NCBI GenBank assembly: GCA_965287045.1
Contig: OZ336885.1
Coordinates: 65,658,001 to 65,722,000, forward strand
Direction of reading: 5' to 3'
Length of the DNA: 64,000 nt
Origin: Carcharhinus amblyrhynchos
Taxonomy: Eukaryota
Position 1 is the first letter of the stretch. Every line of letters begins with the position of its first letter. Of the stretch, positions 12,543-25,012 are shown piece after piece. A program made the translations under genes and the position numbers. Under the pieces are notes generated by a model that was not told the DNA's origin, did not search any database, and saw only the letters and a list, made by a program, of their open reading frames with translations.

Positions 12543-14279
12543 ATCGTCCAATTGGTAAATCAGATGGTGATTTTCAAAAGGACTACAGGGCACTATTTTG
12601 AATCGTAACCATGTCAAACTGGAAGAGATGCATCATTGCACAGTAATCTGTGTGAACAGAGGCCCAACAGACGAGTGGCAGAGGAAGTGTGCAGTGACAA
12701 AACATGACTTTCTTTAGTGAAAAGGAAAAGTACTTCATTAGACTTGTCACAGTTGTAATCTAAATACTTTCCAAGCATTCCATTTTCAGGATACAAGCAA
12801 GGACAGTAATATAATTAAGTGTTTATTTCACAATTCTCGTGACAACTCAAACATGAACAGTTGCAACTCATTCACACTTTACTGAACATTAATAGTTAAA
12901 TAGCACTTTAACTTCAATTAAACATCAACGTTAACAGTTTTAACATAAAATAGATGCCACTGAGTTTCGGAAAACCTTCGCGACGAATATCGTCGATGTA
13001 GAATTTATCTTTTGTTTAATGGAGAATCCTTCATTGTGCACGCGTTTTCCTGCGATGATTGGTCTTTTTGCTTTATAGCTTTCATAATAAGAACATTCAT
13101 GCCTTTCTCGCCACAACTTTTCATTCGCTTCTGCAAAATTATACATCATCCAGCCAAGTGGATCACCGTAAACCGATCACATGGCTCCAACGTCCAGTGA
13201 AAATGCTTTTGAAAGATTCAATGACACTTAGATTGAACTGCATACTCCATACATAGCAGCCATGCATCGGAGATGCAAAGTCTGTATCAATGTGAAAAAA
13301 AAACCTGACAATTCAAAAATTTTCAGTTCCCAGACCACAGCCTCTTTATGACCTGCATCTGGTTTTAATCGAAAAGTTGACGACAAAACCCAATATGCTT
13401 ACCTGTCAACCAGAGCAGCCATTACAAAGTCGCTACTGCCATTATTGTTGCTAAATTATTGTTGCAGGCGTTCTTTTTCCTTCCACAGACTTGAAGCCAG
13501 TATGCGAGTTTTGATGTCCCAAAGCATCCCATGGTGACACCCAAGAATAAGTTTGAGAAGCAGAAAAATAATAAATAACAAGAGAGAGCCTAGTAGAATG
13601 TCATGAGCTGCGATTGTAGCCAACTGATTTCCGTCAGTCCCCATGGTACAGAATTTCATCTATTATGAACGATGATGTTGTCATCACACATAGTTAAGTT
13701 AATAGATTTTAACTCACCGCTCAAACTATAAATAAAAAGGTTAGTAATGAAGAATAAGAGAAACACATTTACTAGAAAAGGGCAAATGCCATGATTTTCT
13801 GTTAAAAGGAACTCGAAGTTGCAATGATATTGTTACTAGACTATTAGCTAAAGGCTCCAACTATTGACAGATATCGTAGAAATCATGTTCAAATAAATGA
13901 AAGTGCAGGATTCTATCACACTGATCTTGAACCAATAATACTCGTGCACCATACACGTAACCCCACATATTGGCCAATCCGCTTGGCTGTATGGGACAAT
14001 TTTGCATGGCCAACCACACCAAAGCCGGACATTTCTGACTGTCGAAGGAGCCTGGACCACCCTGAAAGAAATCACGCAGGCATGAGGAAAATGTTAAAAA
14101 TTCCGTCTGTGACCCAAAGCTGGAATGTTGTCTGGCCCCTGGACTTGAGAGTTGATAAAAAGCTTTGAATCTGCTCATGACAGATGATTACAAAAATATA
14201 TGTTAATGACCATCGAATTATTGCTGCTCAGCACTTCTGACTTCACTGATGCCGTTCAAGTACTATCATTCCCTGAAAG

Positions 14280-14630
14280 GACAGCGTGGTATCATCCTAG
14301 TTAGTAATGTCCTCTTTCAGCACCAGTGGCACATGCTCAATCTGCCCTTGAGTAGCTGTGGACTTTGCACATTATCCCCTAGTTTGCATGGGTTTGCTCT
14401 TGGTGGTCTCTTTTCCTCTCACCCTCCAATGATAAGAAGTCTAGGTTGATTGAGCATGCGTTTTGTCCTTTTCATGTCCCACGATGTATAGACTAAATGT
14501 ATCAGCTGTAGTAAATGGATAGTTTGACAAGTTTATGCCGGGAATGGCCCTGGCTAAAACATTCTGTCGGGGAGGCTTTAGAGAATCCACACGTTGAACG
14601 GCCTCTTTCTGGAATCATGCAATCCTGTGT
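14280..14630 (+). mobile_element. Degenerate HE1-like SINE
   Basis: ctgtggactttgcacattatccc..catgggtttgctcttggtggtctc V-domain remnant. Confidence 0.65.
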
Positions 14631-15880
14631 AGAACTTTCAGTATATGTCAGCGTGTCTGGTTATTAATTTCCTCCCGACTGACCAAGAAAGCTATTTAGT
14701 ACAACCGCAATTAGAGAAATGCAAATAAAGTTGACCAAGCCAATAATGTCAATATTTCATGAACGAACCAAGTTACCATTTAACGAATAAACTAATCAAT
14801 AAAATGTGCTTAATACGCGCAAGTAGATAGTGCAACCATTTACAGGAAGCAGTCTGTTGATCAACTGTTTTCGGGTACTGCAAGATAGAGCTGTCGTGTG
14901 AGGCTTGCAATGAGTCAGAACGAAAAGAGAATTGTTGTGGGCATGTATTTGTTCTCAAATGCCCTGGTGTTACTATCACAGGTATGTTTGCGCGTTCATA
15001 AGATCAAAAGTTTACAGAGGGCAACTAATCTGCAGACCATGTCACATTTTCAGATGAGTAACAACAACGACTTGTTCTATGTCACACCACTGTTACACTC
15101 AGCTGTATAGATTTAGAGGATATGTCGGACTTCAAGAATAACAATCAATGCCTTAATAGCAATGAAATGCAGCAGAAGTTTTTAAAAACAATTTGCGACT
15201 TAAATATCGGGCATATTTGTCAGTCTGCCATTCACTATTAAGAAACTCAACACCAACTGAGGCTGCCCAGAAAAATGAGTAGCGCAGCATCAGACATACC
15301 TATGAATGAGAGGACAAACAGGTAATAAGTCTACTTTCATTTTGAATACCAGTCACCGCATCGGATGAAAACAACACTGATGTAAAATACAATCCTCAGA
15401 TCTGTATATCTGCCTCAATGCAGTCACTTCAATCCCTCCAGCATTCTTGAGGACAAGACAATATAACTGGAATTTGCACCGGATGTTGACCAAGAACAAA
15501 TTTCTGCTGTAATAATAAAATGTTGCCTTGACAATCTATTAAATACTCGTACCAAATCCGACAGGGCAGATTCAAAAGTTTTGTTACAAGAGATTATGGA
15601 AAATGTTGCACCTGCACAAAAGTTGTATGAATCATTTCCGTCCCATTTGCTTACCCATGGCAAAGCAAGTGATGAAGCAGGTTGTCACATGAGTCCATTA
15701 ATAATCCGCAAAACACCAAGTCAAAGTCAAACGTGTTTATTTGGCAGCACGAGCTTTCAGATGACTGTCCCTTCATTAAGCTAGTGGAGAGTTGGCTTCA
15801 TAATCAGGGACTATATAGACATAGAATCAATTGGCATATAAAGGTTGGTATGCAAATCTCAACAGACAATCATTTTTTGC

Positions 15881-16860
15881 AGGTACAGTGAAGACACGGG
15901 GAAAGAGAGTTAAGCACAGGCTAAAGATATAAAGAGATGCAAACTGTGTCAAGGCAGATAGTGAGTGAGATTTGCAAGCCCAGACAAATCGTGGGAGTTA
16001 CAGGTAGTGTGACATGAACCCAAGGTCCCAGTTGAGGCCGACCTCATGTGTGCGGATCCTGGCTATGAGTTTCTGCTCAACGATTTTGTGTTGTCTTGAA
16101 GGCGAACTTGGACAATGCTTACCGAAAGATAAGACACAGAATGCCCTTGATTGCTGAAGTTTTCCCCGACAGGCAGGGAACAATCCTACCTGGAGGCTGT
16201 CGACTGGTGTTCATTCACCTGTTGTCATAGTGCTTACATGGACTCGCCGATGTGCCAAGCCTCGGGACATCCTTTCATGCAGAGAATCAGGTATACAACG
16301 TTGGCCGAATTGCATGAGTATGTAGCGTGTACCTGGTGGATGGTGTCCTCAGGTGGGGTGTTGGCATCCCTGCCGATGATCTGACACCTCTTGCAGAGGT
16401 TGTTGTGACAGCGTTGTGTGGTGTCGCTGCTGCCGTTCTTCTGAAGGCTAGGTGGTTTGTTGAGGTCAATAGTCTGCTGCAATTTGTGTGTTCGTTTGAT
16501 GGCAAGTACTAGGGGTGTGGGGAAGGCGTTGGTCGTATGTTCGTCTTCATTGCTGGTATTTTGAAGATTCCGAAGAAGATGTGTAGCTTCTCCACTCCAG
16601 GGAAGTAGTCAGCGACGATGTGTATTCTGTTGGTCGTGCCCCATCTTTCTATTATGAGGAGGCCAGTGCGGTTTTACGCGGTGTTCCTCAACAACTGTCG
16701 ACCGATAACACGAGAGCTATACCCTGTTCTTACGAGGGCATCTAACAGCGTCTGTAGTTTTGTGTTACGTTATTTTGCTTCTGAGCCGATCTCGTGTACA
16801 TGAAGGGCTCACGTCTAGAGTACGGCTTCTTTCGCGTGTTCAGGGTGTTAAGGAAAATGG
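15881..16860 (-). mobile_element. Penelope-like retroelement ORF 3' part with GIY-YIG endonuclease
   Basis: Minus ORFs: YSCNSANVVYLILCMKGCPEAWHIGESM (GIY-YIG) and EQKLIARIRTHEVGLNWDLGFMSHY (typical PLE C-terminus); frameshifted. Confidence 0.92.
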
Positions 16861-16934
16861 AGAAGTGAAGCACCCATTAAGGTTGTCATCTCAGGATTAC
16901 TGTCTGTGCGACATGCTAGTGTGCCTAGAAATAG

Positions 16935-17395
16935 CAACAAAAGGTTTATTTGGTAGAACAAGCCACAAGCTTTCAGAGCGCTGCTCCTTCATCAGGTGAG
17001 TGCGAGTTATGTTCACCAACAGGGCATATTAGCCACAAACTCAATTCACAAAATAATGGTTGGAATGCGAGTCTTTACAAGTAATCGAGTCTTAAACGTA
17101 CAGACAATGTGACTGCAGAGGGGGTTAAGCGCAGGTTAAGCACCCTCTCTTCACGTGCATTGTCTGTACCTTCAAAGCTTGATTACCTGAAAAGATTCGC
17201 ATTCCAACGATTGTTTTGTAAACTAAGTTTGGCCTTCATATGCCCTGTTTGTGATCAGAAATCTCATTCATTTGATAAAGGAACAGTGCTCTGAAAGTTT
17301 GTGACTTGTGCTACCAAATAAACCTGTTGGACTTTACCTGTTGTGAGAGTTTGTTCTCTGCTTACCCCATTCCAACACTGACATCTCCACACCTT
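16935..17395. mobile_element. Inverted pair of Penelope pLTRs forming a ~400-bp imperfect palindrome
   Basis: 16940-17128 is the reverse complement of 17136-17330 (e.g. ttggaatgcga/tcgcattccaa, aggtttatttggtag/ctaccaaataaacct). Confidence 0.85.
16963..16999 (-). ncRNA. Minimal type I hammerhead ribozyme of Penelope pLTR
   Basis: Reverse complement tcac-CTGATGA-a-ggagc-agc-gctct-GAAA-GCT-T-gtgg. The mirror copy at about 17267-17305 has a mutated core. Confidence 0.7.
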
Positions 17396-20300
17396 AGGAA
17401 TAAGGAGATAGTGCAATAATCACGTGGCTAAGGAGTTGGTGGAGGAGCGAGGGTTCAGCAGCAGCAATTATTGGGATCACTCTCTAGACTAGTGGGGGCT
17501 GTACAAGAAGGATGGGTCACATTTAAACTCGGGGAGGGGGGGGGGCGTGCACTAATATCCTGGCAAATACATTTACTAGAGTCACTCGGGATGGTTTAAA
17601 CTATTATGGAGGTGTGAATCTGTGCAGTAGTTCAGCAGGAGAAATAACTGAGCAAGGGCTACAAACTAAGGCCAACAGGTTTAAGTGGACGAGCAGACAG
17701 GGAATAGTTGTGGAACGCAGCAGGACTGGTGTTCTGAAGTGCATTTGATTCAACGTGAGGAGCATAACAGATGAAACAGATGAACATAGAGTTTGGATTA
17801 GTTCATGCAACTATAATGTCGTTACTCTTACTTTTTTCGAAAGTTGGTCATGATTTAACAACTAAACATTCCAGAATGTGGATGCTTCAGGGAGGATATA
17901 GCAGGATGTGAATGTGACGTAGGAGTTGCATTATTGGTTACAGAGAATATCACAGTTGTATGGAGGGGCGAACCTCGGAGGATTCCGGCAGCGAAGCTAT
18001 CTGGGTAAAACTCAGGAATAGAAAGGACGCATTCACAATGTTTTGGTTTTATTACTGGCCTCGCACCAGCCAGCGGGAGACAGAGGAGAGATATAGAGAC
18101 AGGTTTTGGTCAGAAGCAAAAAAAAAAGTTTAGGGTGGATTACTGATTTCAACTTGCCCTGAATTGACTGGGACTTAGTGCTAGGGGCTTGGATAGGACA
18201 GAATTAGTAAGGAGCGTCCAGAATGTTTTTTTTCTTACATCAGTATATGAATAGCTGAACTCGGGAAGAAGGCATATTACAAATCGTATTGTGGAATTAG
18301 GTGGCCAGTTGATCAAAGTTTTAGTACGAGATAATTCCGGGAAGAGTGATAAGAATCCCAGACGTTCTAAGGTGCTTGTGGATAAGGACAAAACTGGTTT
18401 CCTGGTAAAGTTGTTAAATTTATCGAAGACGAAAAATATTAGGCAGGATCTAGAGAAAGCAAATTGTGGGGAGGCAGGTTGAGGATAAATCATCATCCAA
18501 CATGTTGAAGTTTTCCAAATATCAGTTGATTGGAATTCAGAACTGTTATGTCCCCGTGAGCATAAAAAAAAGTGTGACGAGTACCGAGAAACCTAGATAA
18601 CGATGTATGTTATCAGACTTGTCAAAAAAGGAAGCATTCATAAAGTCTAAATGGCTTCAGACAGATGAAGGTCTTGAATAATATAAAGAACATTGAAAGG
18701 ATTTGAAGGAAGAAATTAGGAGGGCAAAAAGGGGTGTCATATATAGCCTTTGGGGTACAGGAATAAGGAACATCCTAAGGCGTTTTATAGGTATGCAAGA
18801 GCAAGAGCGTGGCCAGCGAAATGTTTGGTACACTCAGTGATAGTGTCGGAATTTATCCATTGAAACAAAGGAAATGGACCAGATGAAACGGTAATATTGT
18901 CTCAGTATTCACCAAAGAGGAAGGTTTCATGGGTGAGGAGACTAGGCAAGGTGTGTCGATGTTCTGATTCATGTCATAATCAAGCAAGAGGAGGTATTGG
19001 GCGGCTTAACAATCATGAAGTGAATATGTCACCAGGGCCTGATGGGATCCACACCAGAAAACTGAGGGAGTGAAGAGCAGGCATTGTTATTGCTTTGAGA
19101 GAGTTTTGTATCCTCATTAGCTGAAGTTTCAAAGGGCAGCAGGGATCATTCAGGAAATTATAGGTCAGTGAGCCTTACAGCGATGGTAGAAAAATCATTT
19201 GAAAATATCCCTAGGGGAAGGATTTACTCACATTTGCTGTCAAATTGACTTGGTAGTGATAGAAGTGTTTTGTGAAGAGGATTTCGTGCCTCACTAACTT
19301 GATCAAATTTTCCGAGGAAATGACGAAGATGATAGATGAGAGAAAGGCAGCGGATGGTGTCTACGTGAACTTCCGTAAAACCTTTGACATAGTAGTGTAA
19401 TGAAAAATGAAATGACACTGGATCAGAGGAGAGATGACAGGATGGGTACAGAACTGCCATAGCCATAGAAGACACAAGGTAGCAGACGAGGAGTGCTTTT
19501 CACAATGGAAGGAATCAGTAGTGTGACCTTTGCTATTCGCAGGGTATATAAATGATTTGGAGGACAAAGCAGTTTCCCTGATTAGTAAAGTCGCAGACGA
19601 CACAAATATTGATGGAGTTATGGATAGAGGAGAGGATTGTCAGAGGTTACAGGAAGATATAGACCGAATGGAGACATGGATGGAGAAATGGCGGATACAA
19701 TTTTTATCCGGACAAGCGTGAGATCTGTATTCAAAAAAAGAAATGCATATCGGAATTATACAGAAAATAGTGGAACAATTAGGAGTACTTACAGGCAGAG
19801 AGACCTGGGCGGACATGTCCACTGAGTATTGAATGTGACAATGCAGATAGCTAAGGTAATCAGGAGTGCACGGGATGCATGCCGTCATCGTTAGGGGCAT
19901 TTAATATAAAAAAAAGCAGGTCTTGCTGCAGCTGTGCAGAATCTTTTTTATGAACGATTCAGAATAGTGTGCACAGTTCTGGTTCCCACACTACCAGAAG
20001 GATGTTACTGTTTTGTTAGGAGTAGGAATATGTTTACCAGGATGTTGTTTGGTCTGGAGGGTATTAGCTTTGAAGAGAGGTTGAATAAACTCGGTTTGTT
20101 CTCACTGCAACGATGGAGATTGTAGGGTTGCTTGACAGCGTTCAACAGGTCATGAGTGGCATGGACAGAGTGAATCGTCTGATATTATTTCCTTCGGTGG
20201 AATCGCCAAGTGCTGGGGGATACAGATTTGAGTTGCGTGGGGAAAAGTTTGAAGGACCGGTGTGAGGCAGTTTTCCTTTTACACAGAGCTTGACGGATGT

Positions 20301-20490
20301 CTGGAAAACGCTGCCCGGGGAGGTGCTGGGAGCATGTACGATCGCGCCATTTAAATGGCAACTAAATTAAAAGATGAATAGGATGAGAATGGAATGATGC
20401 AGACTCTGTGCGTGCAGTTTTAAATTACGCAGGCATCATGCTCAGTGCAGGATTGGAGGGTCGAAGGACTTGGTCCTGTGCTGTATTTTT
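17396..20490 (+). mobile_element. Old near-full-length CR1 LINE (ORF1 end, endonuclease, RT, 3' UTR), heavily decayed
   Basis: Fragments YINDLEDKAVSLISKVADDTNI..DCQRLQEDIDRM, MFTRMLFGLEGISFEERLNKLGLFSL, and endonuclease remnants near 17740-18300. Confidence 0.92.
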
Positions 20491-21172
20491 CATTGTTATT
20501 GTTATTTCTACTAATAAAATTTAGCTTAAAACAAGTTGATGTGTTTCCCTGTATGCTGGAGGACCAAGAAATAACTGGTGTTATTTATCTTTCTTACCTT
20601 AATAATAGTGTTCAATTTTCGTTCTCCTGTATGACGAATAATCTGCAACAAATGTTTTTATTCTACTTCGTTTGATCCAATCTTTGTTTTTCGTTTTTTT
20701 TTGTGTTGCTACTATTGCCTGGACAGAAAAGTTGCTCTCCTATCCTCCTTAAATACGTATCGCCTGGTGGCACCAAAATATGCATATATGTCTGTTAGAA
20801 ACAAGTTATTTTAATTTGCACAATGGAGTTTATGGTGATTACCGACATCGAAATTTAAGGATATCAACAGCTAGATGGAAGTGAGTCGATGGTTTCTGCT
20901 TATTTTGCTAGCAGTAATGTCGAATGCTATGATTTTAAGTGGTGCAGTCTCAGTCGAGATCAATAGTAAAGAGTCTAACGTTTTCATATAGTGTTGGATG
21001 CGAATGCAAATTACACATATTAATTGGCATGAAAATGTTACAACTTCCTTCCATTGTGATCATTTTGCTATTCGACCCAGTTTCAGCTAAGAATTTGCTA
21101 ACAATCTCAACTATTGCTGAAGAAAAACATTGACATTGAGCGAACTGCAATATTTTATTTTCTGCTCGCCAG

Positions 21173-21208
21173 ATCTAAATGTCATGTCTGCTAACGTCAA
21201 AACCTATG
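21173..21208 (+). CDS. 36-nt phase-1 mini-exon (D)LNVMSANVKTY
   Basis: tattttattttctgctcgccag|...cctatg|gtgaga. Confidence 0.6.
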
Positions 21209-22289
21209 GTGAGAACAAACAAAAATCCTTGCTGAATTTAAGTTTAAAAAAGTGCACTAACCCGAACCCCTACGTTTTAATTCAACCAAATTCGTATTGT
21301 ATATTATTTTTTTCAGAGTCCTATTTCTTTTCTTTTTTGACATGTTATTTGTATTGAGAAGAGGGGGGAAACAAAGCGTTGCTTTGTTTCCCCTCGCATT
21401 GTCTGGTTGTCGCAATTTTGTTTTCTTTTTCGATTTAAATCGATAGGTCTTTGAAAACAAGTCAATATTGCGGTATTATTCAAGGAAACACAGAAACAAG
21501 TGACAAAATTACTCGACAGACATATATCTTAATGCAACTCTTAGGCTTGGGCGGGGAAGGGAATTGAAGTTAATAATAAAAAAAGATGTGCTGCAGGCAT
21601 TGAAGAGCTCTGGTTTGCTGAAGTTACGAATCCTAACAGTAGTGATTCATACTTTGAAAAATGCTCATTCGTCCAAATTAGAAATTCCACACTGAAATGC
21701 GGACTTGCGACAGATAAAAGTTCTTAAACCGAGTTTTGTCTGAATTCAATTGTAGTGATGCTGATTTGCCGAAACTCGGTCAGCAGAAGTGACAAGTTTC
21801 GGAAAAGTAACGAGCCAACATGTGATACAATTTGCGTTATGCAATTAACAAGATCTTAGAAATGAAAGGAATATCAAAAATTGTTCAATTCGCGCATGTT
21901 TTATTTGATGTGTTGCATCGCTTACAGCTTTCTAATCTATATTACTGCAAGTTAAATGAAAACTTCTCAAAATATTGTTTTGCATAATGTGTTACCTTGA
22001 AATGATAGGCATTGATATTTCGTCAATGCATTTGTGTTTTGTTATAACATATTCATGGCAGAAAAACTGGTCAAAGAGTTTGAAAAAGGTAATGTCAACC
22101 ATTCGTTTTCAGTGCACAATTCCATAACGGGTGTCGAGAAGTTGAGAGTCTTGGAATCTTACCTCACATTGAGAGCGGTTCTGTTTAGTTTCTCTTTACT
22201 TAATTGATGTCTGGTGTAATGTCATTTTCTGCACGTCTGGCATCACTGTCGTTCAACCTGTGCATTCCTGATTTAGTATTTTTCTTCAG

Positions 22290-22343
22290 CCCCTTCCCTC
22301 GTTTTCGTTCTGATGATCAAAGACCTGAACAAAAATATAACAG
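22290..22343 (+). CDS. 54-nt phase-1 exon (A)PSLVFVLMIKDLNKNIT
   Basis: atttttcttcag|...aacag|gtactc. Confidence 0.5.
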
Positions 22344-23224
22344 GTACTCAATTCCGCTAGCCTCAACAACTGGAGGTATTCACTCACCTAACAGTCTACC
22401 GAGGAATATACTTGAACATTATTTGTAATCGACCGGCATTTCAAAGATTTAACTGCAGTTCCGTCACCGCTGTTGCACATCTTGACTCCGACCATCCGCA
22501 ATAACGCATAGAGACTCTGCATACGTGGTCAATTTGCTGGCATGTCTATGTCTATGCAATACAAGTATCATGGGAAATTCCTTTGCTCGAATTGACGTGT
22601 GGTTGCACGGTGAAATCTTCTGTCCAATCGTGACGTCGTCGTTTTGCTTCAGAAGCTAAGAATATATGATAACCGAGGATTGTTACGCTGAATTCAAGGC
22701 AACTGAAATTAGCTGTGGTGTATATGTCAAATCGGTATGAGATTCCTCGTTCTTCTGTCATAGCATCTATGAACAAAATTCTTATTTGCTTCAAGAAAAA
22801 ATGTATGTTTTAATGGCGCCTAATCCAACATTGTATTTTAATAAATAGCATAACAACCAATGCAGCACACGCTTCATTTAAATATGCGCCCAACTTTGTT
22901 GTGCACCATTTTTGTGAGTCATTTTCTGCGTGGAATTGTGGCGCAATAATGCAAAATGTTTTTAATTTATTTAGTAATATGTTGCAGCATTATCTGATGA
23001 AGGCCATTCTCCTTTGCACGTCATCAATTGGACGTTAACTCCACTTGTCATTAGCAGAGAAGCCACACATCTGCCACGTTGCAAGTCCCTCAGATGAGCA
23101 CTGAAAGGTTTTGAGTTGCGGTGAAAATCATCGAACTGTATACCAAAACCAACCAGTTTCAGAAGATACACCTGGCGTGATTATCAAGATATTTTGAAAA
23201 AAAAAATCCCTGTCATTGACACAT

Positions 23225-23583
23225 ATGAGGCGATGGCCGAGTGCTCTTATCGCTTGACGATTACTGCAGAAATTCAACTAATGTTCAATGACTCAGTTTC
23301 GAATCCCACCGCAGCTGGTGGTGGAATTTGAATTACATTTAAAAAAAAACTATAATTAAGAATGCAATAATGGCGATGAACCCATTGTCTATTGACGGAA
23401 AAAAAATGTGGTTCACTGATGTACTTCTGTGGAGACAGGCTGTCATCCTTAACCGAAATGTCCTAGATGTGACTTCAGAAATATGATTGACTCTCAACTA
23501 CCTTTTAAGGTCAACAATGTGATTGGGCAAAAAAACATGGCTAGCCAGCTACAACCATGCAGAATGAACGAATTAAAAAAAAA
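23225..23583 (+). mobile_element. Degenerate tRNA-derived SINE of a second (non-HE1) shark family
   Basis: B-box-like gtttcgaatcccacc, body ggaatttgaatt..ggttcactgatgt, tail gattgggcaaaaaaacatggctagccagc..aatgaacgaattaaaaaa resembling the LINE end near 50620. Confidence 0.7.
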
Positions 23584-24985
23584 TCAAAGCTTGTTCAACA
23601 AACTACCTTGTTTTTGTTTTCCGTGCGGCTCTTCTCCTATCTAGTCTGAGATATGAAAAACTACTTACATCGTCTGTGCTATTTAACATGAACAATAACA
23701 TCGTCTGCAGCTGTACCGAAGCTCTGAATAATACAGCAGAAGCTTGAAAGATATAAATATATGTTTGATGGTATAACAGTGTTTCAAGATTAATTTCCTA
23801 AACGGGTAGATATTGCATGCCCGCTTTTAGGCGTACGTGAAAGTCCGCATGCAATATAATGGATAAGGCTGACATGGTGCCAGCATATTTAAAGTAATCG
23901 AAATAATGGCACGCAGGAAATAAATTAAAATTGGGGTTTTGATTTGCTGTTAAGCATTCTCCGAGAATATAACAAAACCTGCTGCAGCTTCAATTTGGTC
24001 CCGAGAAAAAAACTCGAACCTCAGATATGTCTTGTTTATCTTCACATTTCAGGCACTAGCGTTCCTTTCTCACGTGTCTTATTCCAATTTGTAAAGGAAT
24101 CTATTATTTCGTTAGCTTTCCTGAGTTCTGATGATAATTCGTCCAACTGAATAATAAACGCAGTTTGTCTCTTTCAAAGGAAGTCGCTTCGCTTGCTGAC
24201 CATTTGTATCCCTTTTGCCCTTGCACGGAATTGGGGAGAATCCTTGCAATTTTGTTACCTTTTTGAGCTGAAGTGAGGCAAAGTTGACTGCTCTACAATA
24301 CACCCTGATGTTCACTATTCTTTGACCATATGGGATTTGGATAGCAGATGAATTGGCAATAACTGTTCCAGGCCCAACCGAGCTATAAGTCTGTTTGGTG
24401 TCAAAGTGGGCATGCAAAAAGTCTGACATCATATGAGAGTATTTAAACTAATTTAAATGATAACTGAAGGAAGTAAAGAGTTTGTTTATATGTATACATA
24501 TATATACATGATACCTATATTGTTAAGCTTTCTCGGAAAGGATTGCAGAACCAGTCTACATACCAGGTTGCAAGTGACAAAATTTGCGGTTTTATCAATA
24601 ACATGGAGGCGTCTGAGGGGATTTAAATATTGTTGTTCATATTTTTCACAATGCATAGATTATTTGCTCTTTGCGCTTTAGTTGAAGAACAATGTTAACA
24701 TATTTTCTGGGAACTATACTTTACAGAAAAAGAACATTTTTTTAAGACGACTGGTAATTATCGAATTGCTATGTCATAAATTTGTGGGACAGATGTACCA
24801 TGTTCGATGCGACAGTGCAGGCAGTACAGAAAAAAATATCTGACCCTTGGCGTAAGATTTGAAATTTATCCTGAGATGCTATAAATTTGTTTTCGAATAC
24901 AACATGAATAGTTAATACAGACTTGTCTTGTTGGTCATAATTCACGCATCCTCTTGTGAATAATACTTTTGTCACTGAATTTCAG

Positions 24986-25012
24986 CGACTAAATATCTCG
25001 AAACACAGACCC
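24986..25012 (+). CDS. 27-nt phase-1 mini-exon TKYLETQT
   Basis: gaatttcag|...gaccc|gtaagt. Confidence 0.55.

Noticed and set aside
15426-15890. Reading this frame as a Schlafen/SAMD9 AlbA N-lobe (KCCLDNLLNTRT, LVESW)
   Set aside because: It fits an Ig V domain equally well or better by eye. The ambiguity shows the match is not diagnostic.
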